A DNA stretch of 64,000 bases from an uncultured Acidobacteriota bacterium (lineage in GTDB: Bacteria > Acidobacteriota > UBA6911). The position numbers and the translations under genes are program-made. The DNA is taken from contig CAWJKZ010000021.1 in the NCBI GenBank assembly GCA_963843575.1, positions 288,001 through 352,000 of the forward strand. The letters are read 5' to 3'. Every line of letters starts with the position of its first letter. Positions within the stretch are counted from its first letter, which is position 1. The notes beneath the pieces were generated by a model. It did no database searches and had not been told where the DNA came from. It saw only the letters and a program-made list of their open reading frames with translations. Of the stretch, positions 1 to 9,144 are shown in pieces.

Positions 1-1596
1 TCCAGGGTCCTGTTTGAAAATGTCATCGCGAAATCCGGCATCAGGTGCGTCCTGCGAAACAGCATTTCGCCGGAGCGCTACTACTACGAGACGATGATCG
101 GGGGCGCGGCCGTATTCGATTTCAACAACGACGGCCTGCTCGACCTGTTTTTCCAGAACGGGGCGACCATCCCGGCGCTGGAGAAATCGGACCCCGGCTA
201 CTACAACCGTCTCTACCGCAACAACGGGGACGGCACCTTCACGGACGTCACCGAGGTCGCGGGCGTGGCGGGGCGCGGGTACTGCATGGGAGTCGCAACC
301 GGAGACTACGACAACGACGGCTTTGTCGATCTGTATGTGTGCGGCGTCAACTACAACCAGCTGCTCCGCAACAATGGCGACGGGACGTTTGCCGACATGA
401 CCGCCAAGGCCGGCGTGACCGGAATCCACCCCAGGTTCGGCAAGACGTGGGCGATCACCGCGGGTTGGTTCGACTACAACAATGACGGGCGTCTCGACCT
501 GTTCGTCAACAGTTATCTGACTTACAGCATCGCGAAAGCCCCCCACTGCAAGATCCAGGAACTCCCTGCCTACTGCTCGCCCAACAATTTCGACCCGCTG
601 CCCAATTTTCTCTACCGCAACAACGGCGACGGGACGTTCACGGACGTCTCCGGGGAATCCGGCATCGACGCGCTGCCGGGGAAGGGGATGGGGATGGCCT
701 TTGCGGACTACGACGTCGACGGGTTCGCCGACATTTTCGTCTCCAACGACACGTTCCCGAATTTCCTGCTGAAGAACAACGGCAACGGCACCTTCCGGGA
801 CATGGCCATGCTCGCCGGGGTGGCGTACAACGAAAACGGCAGAACCGTGGCCGGGATGGGCGCCGATTTCCGGGACCTCGACAACGACGGCAAACCCGAG
901 ATCTTCCACACCGCGATGTTTGCGGACACCTTCCCCCTGTATAAAAACCTTGGCGACCAGTTCGAGGACGCGACGAGGGCAGCCGGCATAACGATACCCA
1001 GCAGCTCCCTGACCGCGTGGGGCACCGGGATATTCGATTTCGACAACGACGGCTACAAGGACATCTTCGCAGCGTGCTCGGCCATCCTGGACAACGCCAT
1101 GGAAATCCAGCAGCGGCCGTTTCTTCTCCCGAACGCGCTGTTCCGCAACAACGGCAACTTCACCTTCACGAACGTCGCGCCGCAGGCGGGGCCCTCCTTC
1201 ACCGTGCCCGCGGCGCATCGCGGGGCGGCGTTCGGCGACTTCAACAACGACGGCAAGGTCGATGCTGCCGTAGTCGTCTTAAATGCCTTGCCCCAGCTTT
1301 TCCTCAATCGGTCGGAGAACGGCAATCACTGGCTCCTGGTCAGCCTGGTGGGGAGCAAGAGCAACCGGGACGGGCTGGGAGCGCGCGTGAAGATTACGAC
1401 GGCCAAAGGCGTCCAATACAATCAGGCCACGACCACGGTCGGGTATAATTCGGCCAGCGACAAGCGCGTCCATTTCGGGCTGGGAGATTCGGCGACCATA
1501 GAGAAGGTCGAGGTGACCTGGCCGGGCGGCCGCCGACAGGAACTCACCGGCGTGAAGGCGAACCAGATCCTGACGATCCGGGAACCTGCCCCTTGA
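1..1596 (+). CDS. CRTAC1-family FG-GAP repeat / ASPIC-UnbV domain protein, 5'-truncated by the window edge
   Basis: Repeated DxNNDGxxD and YRNNGDGTFTDV motifs; C-terminal GARV...HFGLG...V.WP.G (ASPIC/UnbV). The frame is open from base 1. Confidence 0.9.
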   Translation, partial: SRVLFENVIAKSGIRCVLRNSISPERYYYETMIGGAAVFDFNNDGLLDLFFQNGATIPALEKSDPGYYNRLYRNNGDGTFTDVTEVAGVAGRGYCMGVATGDYDNDGFVDLYVCGVNYNQLLRNNGDGTFADMTAKAGVTGIHPRFGKTWAITAGWFDYNNDGRLDLFVNSYLTYSIAKAPHCKIQELPAYCSPNNFDPLPNFLYRNNGDGTFTDVSGESGIDALPGKGMGMAFADYDVDGFADIFVSNDTFPNFLLKNNGNGTFRDMAMLAGVAYNENGRTVAGMGADFRDLDNDGKPEIFHTAMFADTFPLYKNLGDQFEDATRAAGITIPSSSLTAWGTGIFDFDNDGYKDIFAACSAILDNAMEIQQRPFLLPNALFRNNGNFTFTNVAPQAGPSFTVPAAHRGAAFGDFNNDGKVDAAVVVLNALPQLFLNRSENGNHWLLVSLVGSKSNRDGLGARVKITTAKGVQYNQATTTVGYNSASDKRVHFGLGDSATIEKVEVTWPGGRRQELTGVKANQILTIREPAP

Positions 1597-1624
1597 GCTT
1601 CCACGCCATGGGTTCTGCCGCTGA

Positions 1625-1830
1625 GGGCTCGCGAGCCAACAGATCATGCGGCAACCAAAGATGGGAGGTTGCTATTGACGGAGCCGTCAGCCCTCCGGGG
1701 CGCGGCGGCGGGCGGGCATCTGCGGCGTTGCCGCTCCTCGACGATGTCCCCACATCGCCTGCGTCGCGGCGCCTTGCATCGGCCCGCCAGGCGCTCGCGC
1801 CAAAATGTGCACTCATTCTTGCGCGAACCC
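1625..1830. mobile_element. MITE-like element, family A (206 bp)
   Basis: Imperfect terminal inverted repeats GGGCTCGCG / CGCGAACCC with TGA and TAA flanks. 1705-1830 recurs almost identically at 55745-55870. Confidence 0.65.
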
Positions 1831-1935
1831 TAACCTACATTGCAGACTTCCCGAAAAAAGGCAAGAAGGTGCGCGGTTACGGCGACTCTATCGGTAGCCT
1901 GTTGTCGGGAGTTCAAGGCGCCGCGCAGTATGGCG

Positions 1936-2889
1936 TCACGCTTTTTGGAATACTGTTTTCGCCAGAACGGCCTGCGTCAACCGCACACCCTTCAGATCGT
2001 CCTGCCAGAGCTGTTCTTCGCTGACGCCGGGCGGCAGCGGCAGCGGTACGGTCTGTCCCGGTGCAAACCGCGGCATGACCTTCATCGAGGGCCCGAAGGA
2101 GGATTCGATGCCCCAGTAGCCGCGGAAGCCTGCCTCTTTGCAGATGCTGAGGGCTCGCTCGAGCGCGAAGCCCGGATTGGATCCTTCCCGGGCCCAGACG
2201 GGATGCACCGAAATTCCCTTGGCAAAAGGCAACAACTGGCGCAGTCCCTGTTCGTAATCGACTTCCCGGCTTATGTTGATCAAATCGACGAGCACTCCGA
2301 AGGCCGGGTCGTTGACCTCTTTCATCAGAGAAGCCAGGATGCCGGGGTCTGAAGAGGCGCCTCCGTGGGTTTCGACCACGACCTCAACGTTGGCGGTGTG
2401 CGCGTATTCGAGAAGGTGACGGAAGCTTTCGGCGCCGCGTTTCACCAAGTCCGGGTCCTTCTTCCAGTCGGGAAGGCCACCGCGCATGTTCGCACGGATA
2501 TCGGTGCAGCCGAGGTAGTGGGCCGCATCGATCCAGCGGCGATGGGCCAGCGAGGCCTGCATCCGCTCGGCTCTGTCCACGGCGGACATATTGCCCTCGT
2601 CGTCAACCATGATGCGTACCAGCCGCACACCGTACTTCTCCGCGTTTTGCTTCAACTGCCGCAGGTAGACGAGGGTCGGGTTTTCAAAGAACAAACCCAC
2701 CAGTTCCAGCGCGCCGATGCCGAACTCCTCGCGCGTGATGCGCGGCAGGTCGAGATTCGCCCAGCGCCGAGAGAAAGCGTAGCTCTTGACGAGCGACCAG
2801 GCGGCGAGGGAAACCTCGCCTTGGGTGGGCACTGCCGCTACAACAGGCGCAACCGCCATACCGATCAGGAAATCTCTGCGGGACACCAT
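1936..2889 (-). CDS. Tat-exported sugar phosphate isomerase/epimerase (xylose-isomerase-like TIM barrel)
   Basis: SRRDFL twin-arginine signal; VVVETHGG, VLVDL and YWGIES metal-site-like motifs. Confidence 0.8.
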   Translation of the reverse strand: MVSRRDFLIGMAVAPVVAAVPTQGEVSLAAWSLVKSYAFSRRWANLDLPRITREEFGIGALELVGLFFENPTLVYLRQLKQNAEKYGVRLVRIMVDDEGNMSAVDRAERMQASLAHRRWIDAAHYLGCTDIRANMRGGLPDWKKDPDLVKRGAESFRHLLEYAHTANVEVVVETHGGASSDPGILASLMKEVNDPAFGVLVDLINISREVDYEQGLRQLLPFAKGISVHPVWAREGSNPGFALERALSICKEAGFRGYWGIESSFGPSMKVMPRFAPGQTVPLPLPPGVSEEQLWQDDLKGVRLTQAVLAKTVFQKA

Positions 2890-3183
2890 AGCTCTCTCAT
2901 ACCTCGCTGGGCTTCATCAAAGCCACGCACCTGCCGCGGTTCTCACAACGTGTGACGTTTCAGAGCACACCAGTTCCGGCACAGTCTCAGGTCTTATAGG
3001 ACATCCTATCCAGGGCGCGCAAGGGGAAAGCAGGTGGGGCGGGCCGTACGAGCTTGTCGCGCCCTGCACCGATCGTGCGGCTCGCGGCGAATTCACCAGA
3101 GCGGCTACTGCGTTTCCCCGGTGACGGTCGAACGGGCGCGGCCCCATGTGCTACGATGCATTCCTTCATTCGGGAGGGCCATC

Positions 3184-3852
3184 GTGAGACTGCGCAAAAG
3201 CTGGAGCGTGATTCTGTGGGGCACGGTGATCTTCGCGCTGGCCGGCTGCGCCTCGCACCGCATTGCGATAGCGGAAAAATTCGGGTACGCCAAGCGCGAG
3301 CAGCTGGTGAATCGGGTGCAGGACGCCCGCGACGGCCAGGTGGCCGCCAAGCAGCAGTTCGAGTCGGCGCTCAAGGAGTTTCTGGCAGTCACGAACGTCT
3401 CGAACCCGGAACTGGGCGATCTGGAGTCGCGGTACGACAGGTTGAACCGGGAGTATGAACGCAGCGAAAGCCGTGCCCGGGACGTTCACGACCGCATCAC
3501 CAGCGTGCAGCAGGTCGCCGATGCGCTTTTCAGGGAATGGCGCGATGAGCTCAAACAGTACTCGAACGATAACCTCCGCCGTCGCAGCGAGCAGCAGCTC
3601 GACGAAACCCGCGGTCAGTACGAGCGACTGATCGACGCCATGAAGGCGGCTGAGTCCAGCATGACGCCCGTCCTCGGCGCATTCAAAGACCAGGTGCTCT
3701 TTCTGAAGCACAACCTAAATGCGCGGGCGATTTCGTCTTTGCAGCAGAATGCCCGGCAGATTCAGACTGACGTCAGGAAACTGGTGCGCGAGATGGAGGC
3801 CTCGATCACGCGGGCGAACTCGTTCATTGAGCAGATGAAGGCAACCAAGTGA
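3184..3852 (+). CDS. DUF2959-family lipoprotein
   Basis: GTG start after a GGGAGG RBS; LAGC lipobox; EKFGYAKRE, LF.EW..EL and VLFLKHNLNARAI motifs. Confidence 0.8.
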   Translation: MRLRKSWSVILWGTVIFALAGCASHRIAIAEKFGYAKREQLVNRVQDARDGQVAAKQQFESALKEFLAVTNVSNPELGDLESRYDRLNREYERSESRARDVHDRITSVQQVADALFREWRDELKQYSNDNLRRRSEQQLDETRGQYERLIDAMKAAESSMTPVLGAFKDQVLFLKHNLNARAISSLQQNARQIQTDVRKLVREMEASITRANSFIEQMKATK

Positions 3853-3988
3853 TCGCGTGACGGAAATACTGCGACGGCACCCGTGTGCCCGGACAACGCC
3901 GCACACTCGTTTCCCGAGCTCACAACCTGGGCGGGGAAACGGATCGGTTTGCTTCCACGGACGGGCTGCGGGTATGACTGTGCGGCTT

Positions 3989-4156
3989 TCAGGGAGCCGC
4001 GACCCTGCGGCACAACACGGCTGATCGTTCGAGAACCCTGTCCTCAAGCGTCCTGATGGTGTCATCCCTTTTCGCAAGCTCTCGCGACTGCTGCACCGTG
4101 TAGAGTGTCAGTTCCTCAATCTTCTCCAGCAGCCGGGCCTGAAACTGGCCAAGGTT
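3989..4156 (-). pseudogene. Startless fragment paralogous to the C-terminus of the 4332-6446 protein
   Basis: The minus strand translates NLGQFQARLLEKIEELTLYTVQQSRELAKRDDTIRTLEDRV..., versus NLVQFQARLLEKIEELTLYAVQQGREHK...KDGEISTLESRV in the neighbour. Confidence 0.8.
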
Positions 4157-4331
4157 GCGGCACCGGACTCCGATCCAGTCTTGACTCCATGCCCCAACAG
4201 GACCACAATCCGGGCAAATAGTCCTGCAGTTGCTCCTGCCCCAGAAAGGGTGGGAAGGTGCAGGCGACTCGTCTCGGGATCAGCGAATCACCCTCGGTTC
4301 ATCAAGATGTTCACCTGGAAGGAGTATTCAC

Positions 4332-6446
4332 ATGACTGCCAGAGCATTGCTCCGCGGCCTTGGGCTGCTTGTTCTCACTGCGTCTGTCACGGTTGCCCAG
4401 GATACTGTCTCACCCGGGTGGGGTCAGAAGAGGATTATCACCTACAGCGGCACTCTCAGGGACGCTACAGGCACACCGCGTTTCGGGACCATCGGGATGA
4501 CGCTGTCACTCTATCCTGTGCAGGAAGGTGGAGAGCCGCTGTGGCGGGAGAGCCAAACCATCCAGACGGACGACCAGGGCCGCTACACGGTGCTTCTCGG
4601 TGAGACCGAACAGGATGGGTTGCCCTTGGAGGTATTCACCGACCGAAAAGCTCAATGGCTTGGGGTACAACCACAGGGTGAGGCAGAGCAACCACGCATT
4701 CTCCTTCTTTCTGTGCCTTATGCCCTGAAGGCAGCGGATGCGGACACGGTCGGGGGAAAGCCGCTGTCCTCCTTCGTGCTCTACGAGGACTTGGCGAAGG
4801 TGGAGGAGAAAGCGCGCTCTGCGGCGGTGATCGTCGCGCAGGCGTCGGGATCGGGCGCATCGGGCGGCGGAGCGCGCCAGGCTGTGGCAGGTTCTTCGGG
4901 CACGGCCCCGGCGGTCCCGGCGACGACCGGCTCGACCGGGCGGGTGCTGTCCAGCGAAGTGGGCACCAACACCTGGTTCGGGCTAAACGCCGGCGCTGCA
5001 ATCGGCGGGGGAGCCGTCAGCAACTCGCTGTTCGGGTATAACGCCGGGAACAAGACCACTGACGGAGACTACAACTCGTTTCTTGGTGCATACGCGGGTT
5101 TTCAGAATACGACGGGCGCCTACAACACCTTCGTTGGTATTTCCGCAGGCTACTCCAACACGACCGCCAGTGACAACACGATCGTCGGGGCACTGGCCGG
5201 ATACTCCAACACGTCGAGCTACAACTCGTTTTTCGGATCGAATGCAGGTTTCAACAACACGAATGGCGTGAACAATGCTTTCTTTGGCTATGGGGCAGGT
5301 AACGCCAACAGTGTAGGCGGCGGGAACAGTTTCTTCGGCCATCAGTCCGGCTACTCCAATACCGCGTCGAACAATAGTTTCTTCGGGTCAGGTGCCGGAT
5401 TTGCCAATACCACCGGCTCCAGCAACGCGTTCTTCGGGACCGCAGCGGGTTTTGCCAACACCGGCGGCAGCTACAACTCGGCTCTTGGAAGACGCGCCGG
5501 CGAGAAGACTACGTTGGGTCTGTACAACACATTTCTGGGGTACCTGTCCGGCATGAACAACACAACCGGGTGGGACAATCTGTTCGCAGGGTACTCCACG
5601 GGCAGCTCGAACACGACGGAAGACTACAACAGTTTCATCGGCGACTACTCCAACGGCGTTGCCGGGATCACCAACGCCACGGCAGTGGGGTACCGAGCCC
5701 AGGTGAACGCGAGCAACAGCCTGGTGCTGGGGAGCATCAACGGGATCAACGGGGCGACCGCGGACACGAATGTCGGCATCGGGACGACGACGCCCTCGCG
5801 GTTACTTGAGGTGAGGAAAGACCAGGCCGCGTCGACCTACCTGCAGGTGACGAACGCGAATGACACGATCGACGCCAGCCGGTCGAGGTTTTCGCTGGTG
5901 GCGGGGACCGTGACCCAGGAGATGCAGTCGATCGCGAAAGACGGCGGTTACTTCGGGACGACGAGCAATCACCCGTTCCGGATCTACACGAACAGGAACA
6001 CGCGGATGACGATTGATGCATCCGGGAATGTGGGCATCAACACGCTGACTCCCACCGAGCGGCTTCATGTTGTAGGGAATATTCGTTTCACCGGCACCAT
6101 CATCAATAGTGCCCCTGACGAGAATCTGCCAGACTACGTGTTTGAACCTGACTATCCCCTCATGACGGTTGAACAGTTAGCCGCATACGTGGCGAAGGAG
6201 AAGCACCTGCCCAACGTGCCCAGTGCTGCGGAGGTGAAGGAGAACGGCCTCAATCTGGTTCAGTTTCAGGCGAGACTACTCGAAAAGATCGAAGAACTCA
6301 CGCTCTATGCGGTCCAACAGGGCCGGGAGCACAAGACCGCCATGGCGCAGAAGGATGGAGAGATTTCGACGCTGGAGTCTAGGGTCGCAGTGCTGGAGCA
6401 ATTGGTTCAGCGGCTCACCCTACAGGGGTTAACGCCAGAATGGTAG
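4332..6446 (+). CDS. Secreted fibre/adhesin-like protein with NxxGxxNxFFG repeats and a C-terminal chaperone-like coiled-coil tail
   Basis: AAGGAG RBS; signal peptide; SVPYALKA motif; many ~14-aa N/G/F repeats; NVGIGTTTP; PDYVF...HLP.VPSA.E...LLEKIEELTLY tail. Confidence 0.75.
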   Translation: MTARALLRGLGLLVLTASVTVAQDTVSPGWGQKRIITYSGTLRDATGTPRFGTIGMTLSLYPVQEGGEPLWRESQTIQTDDQGRYTVLLGETEQDGLPLEVFTDRKAQWLGVQPQGEAEQPRILLLSVPYALKAADADTVGGKPLSSFVLYEDLAKVEEKARSAAVIVAQASGSGASGGGARQAVAGSSGTAPAVPATTGSTGRVLSSEVGTNTWFGLNAGAAIGGGAVSNSLFGYNAGNKTTDGDYNSFLGAYAGFQNTTGAYNTFVGISAGYSNTTASDNTIVGALAGYSNTSSYNSFFGSNAGFNNTNGVNNAFFGYGAGNANSVGGGNSFFGHQSGYSNTASNNSFFGSGAGFANTTGSSNAFFGTAAGFANTGGSYNSALGRRAGEKTTLGLYNTFLGYLSGMNNTTGWDNLFAGYSTGSSNTTEDYNSFIGDYSNGVAGITNATAVGYRAQVNASNSLVLGSINGINGATADTNVGIGTTTPSRLLEVRKDQAASTYLQVTNANDTIDASRSRFSLVAGTVTQEMQSIAKDGGYFGTTSNHPFRIYTNRNTRMTIDASGNVGINTLTPTERLHVVGNIRFTGTIINSAPDENLPDYVFEPDYPLMTVEQLAAYVAKEKHLPNVPSAAEVKENGLNLVQFQARLLEKIEELTLYAVQQGREHKTAMAQKDGEISTLESRVAVLEQLVQRLTLQGLTPEW

Positions 6447-6502
6447 AACCCAGCGACCTGAGTCTCAGCATCCGTTCCGGAAGGTGCGGGTGATTGTTGT
6501 TA

Positions 6503-6548
<46 letters not shown>

Positions 6549-7047
6549 AAGTACGATAGGCAATATCCTATCTCTGCTACTGAGTGATACGGGTCGCTAC
6601 AAACCTTGACTGGCGCGGGTTGTGGGCCATTCGTCCTTTTAGAATACTGCTACCGAGTACTACTGAAATTGTGGGTAGTTTCACTGAGACTACCCACAAA
6701 AGTCCCCACACCGCTACCCCCGGGGGGTCCCCCCCGACGAGGGTCCCGCCTTGTCCGACTGTTAAGTCGTATTAGCGCACATGCGCCGGCCTCGTTTTCG
6801 GGGTCCTCTTTTCGATACCAACCGGCACCCGAAATTTTCCCCGGGGCTTTCAAAACTCTTTTATCGGGACAGCCGACTGGTAGGAACATCTTCGCGTTGC
6901 CACGAACTTGCGTTAAAACGGCCGCCACGACGTAGTCCGCCCATTTTGTCAGCGCTGGTGGGAAAGGAGGCCATTTTCGCCGGAATAGATGGGTGCCAGC
7001 TTTTAAGGGCCAATCTGCGGGGACGCGCTGTACGCTGTCCGCCGTTG

Positions 7048-8349
7048 TTACGCGGGAAGCTCGATTTTGACGGCTAGGCCGGGGTTTGCATTTTCGGCGG
7101 AGACGCTGCCGTGGTGCAGGGTTATCGCGCGCCGCGCGATCGCAAGCCCCAGACCGACGCCGCCCGTAGCGCTGTCCCGCGCGGAGTCGACGCGGAAAAA
7201 CGGCTGAAATATCTTAGACAGCACTTCGTCCGGCACTCCCGGTCCGTGGTCCCGTATCCTGATCTCAGCCGAGCCCTGCGGCGACCGCACCAGCTTCACT
7301 TCCACGCAGGACCCCTCGGGCGTGTATCGTATCGCGTTGGTCAGGATATTCTCCACCGCGCTCCTCAGCAGTTCGGGCTGTCCCGCGACGGTCACGTCAC
7401 CGTCCGCATCGAACCGGACCGCGCACCTGCGCGCCTCCGCCTCGATGCGGCAGCTCTCAATCATTTCCTGCAGCAGCGCGCCCAGCCGCACTTCCTCCAG
7501 GCTGCGCGCCGCCGGATCCCCCTCGAGGCGCGTCATGTCGAGCAGCGCCGTCACCAGGTGCGTGAGGCGGTCGATCTCCTTCCGCAGCATCGCCACCGCC
7601 GCCTCGCGGTCCCCTGACGTACGCGCCAGCTCCGCCGCGAAACTCAGGCGCGCCAGCGGCGAACGCAGTTCGTGCGAAATATCCTGGAGCAGCCGCCGTT
7701 CCGACGTCAGAAGCGTCTCGATGCGCTCCGCCATCGTGTCAAAGGTCGCGCTCAGCGCGCCGATCTCGTCCCGCCTCCGCGACCGCACCCGCACCTGTAG
7801 TTCACCGCGCCCGAAGCGCTCCACCGCGCGCGAAAGCTCGCGCAGGGGCGACGCGATGCTCATGGCCAGAGCCCAGCAGAGGATCCCGACCGCCAGCAGG
7901 ATCAGCAGGTAATACAGAATGTCCCCTCTGAAATCCGCGGGCGGCGGAGGGGCGACGACTACCAGTCGGTAAGGCTTGTCGGGCGAGGCGCTGACGATCA
8001 CCATGTTGCCTTCATGGCGCTGCGGCTGGTCGAAGCGGTCGCCGGCCACGGCCAGAAGGGCCGAAAGGTCTTCGCCGTTGACCAAGTCCTTTCCCGCCGC
8101 GTCTGTCACGCGGTGCTCCCCAGGCAAGTATTGGTTCAGCTTTTCAAGCCGCCGCGCCAGCTGCGCCGCTCCGGCCGCTTCGTACGCCTCCACAGCGTCG
8201 CTGAGCGCCATTGCGTTCAAACGGCTGAACATCGCCCCGCGCCCGCCGGTGCGGAACGAGACGGAACGGGCGACGAACGTGAACGCGGCGAGGGAGAGTA
8301 GCAGGGTGCCGAAAGACCACAGCAGAATGCGGGCATAAACGGATCTCAT
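7048..8349 (-). CDS. HAMP-domain sensor histidine kinase (CpxA-like)
   Basis: Two TM segments, HAMP domain, DISHELRSPLARL H-box, NAIRY, DHGPGV and GLGLAI boxes. Confidence 0.93.
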   Translation of the reverse strand: MRSVYARILLWSFGTLLLSLAAFTFVARSVSFRTGGRGAMFSRLNAMALSDAVEAYEAAGAAQLARRLEKLNQYLPGEHRVTDAAGKDLVNGEDLSALLAVAGDRFDQPQRHEGNMVIVSASPDKPYRLVVVAPPPPADFRGDILYYLLILLAVGILCWALAMSIASPLRELSRAVERFGRGELQVRVRSRRRDEIGALSATFDTMAERIETLLTSERRLLQDISHELRSPLARLSFAAELARTSGDREAAVAMLRKEIDRLTHLVTALLDMTRLEGDPAARSLEEVRLGALLQEMIESCRIEAEARRCAVRFDADGDVTVAGQPELLRSAVENILTNAIRYTPEGSCVEVKLVRSPQGSAEIRIRDHGPGVPDEVLSKIFQPFFRVDSARDSATGGVGLGLAIARRAITLHHGSVSAENANPGLAVKIELPA

Positions 8350-9041
8350 GCGTTCTCCCCGCTCAGAGGCGCCATCAGGTATCCGACCCCGCGGATGGTG
8401 CGGATCGCGCCGCCCCCCTCCTCGAGTTTCTTGCGCAGGTGGCTGATGTGGACGTCGAGCGAACGTTCAAAGGGGCTGGAGCGCCTCTGGTACAGCACCG
8501 TCGACAGCTCGTCGCGCGACACAATCCGGCCGGCGGCCCGCACCAGCACTTCCAGGATGTCGAACTCGATCGACGTCAGCTCGACCGGCTCGCCGCCGCT
8601 CCACACCTCGCGGGTCTGCGGGTTCAGCCGGACGCCCGCGGCCTCCAGCACCTGTCCTGTCGGCGGCTCGGCTTTTCCCGCCCGGCGGAGAACGGCGCGG
8701 ATGCGCGCCAGCAGCTCCTCCGGCCCGAACGGCTTCGGCAGGTAGTCGTCCGCGCCTGCGTCGAGCCCCGCGACACGATCGCTCTGCGCCGTGCGCGCGG
8801 TCAGCATGATCACGGGAATCGCGCTCCGTTTCCGGATCTGCCGGAGCAGCTCGACGCCGTCGAGCGCCGGGAGCATCACGTCCAGCAGGATGAGATCGAA
8901 GCCCCCCTCGAGCGCCCGCGCGAGCCCGCGGCTCCCGTCGTGCACCGATTCCACGCGGATCCCATGCCTGGCGAAAAAGTCCGCCATCAGGGCGCACAGC
9001 TCGGCGTCGTCGTCAACGAGAAGGATGGATGTGTCGCTCAT
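8346..9041 (-). CDS. OmpR-family response regulator (CpxR-like)
   Basis: ILLVDDD, LLDVMLP, GADDYLPKPF, SLDVHISHLRKKL and TIRGVGY motifs; 4-bp overlap with the kinase. Confidence 0.93.
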   Translation of the reverse strand: MSDTSILLVDDDAELCALMADFFARHGIRVESVHDGSRGLARALEGGFDLILLDVMLPALDGVELLRQIRKRSAIPVIMLTARTAQSDRVAGLDAGADDYLPKPFGPEELLARIRAVLRRAGKAEPPTGQVLEAAGVRLNPQTREVWSGGEPVELTSIEFDILEVLVRAAGRIVSRDELSTVLYQRRSSPFERSLDVHISHLRKKLEEGGGAIRTIRGVGYLMAPLSGENA

Positions 9042-9144
9042 ATGAAAGAAGCTTGCCACGGAACGCGCGCACGGGAGGAGGATTTTACAAAACTTAGGAT
9101 ACATCCACACCCCCGCAAACGTTCTTTCCTTACAGGAGGGCAAC

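Noticed and set aside
3989-4156. Diversity-generating retroelement template repeat
   Set aside because: Differences from the gene copy are mostly synonymous third-position changes rather than adenine-specific, and no reverse transcriptase is present in the window.
4970-5700. CRISPR-like periodicity
   Set aside because: The periodicity is a degenerate in-frame protein repeat. There are no identical DNA repeats with unique spacers and no cas genes.
7031-7051. Fifth ECF promoter copy
   Set aside because: The spacing is 11 rather than 14 nt, it overlaps the kinase stop codon, and no gene follows it.
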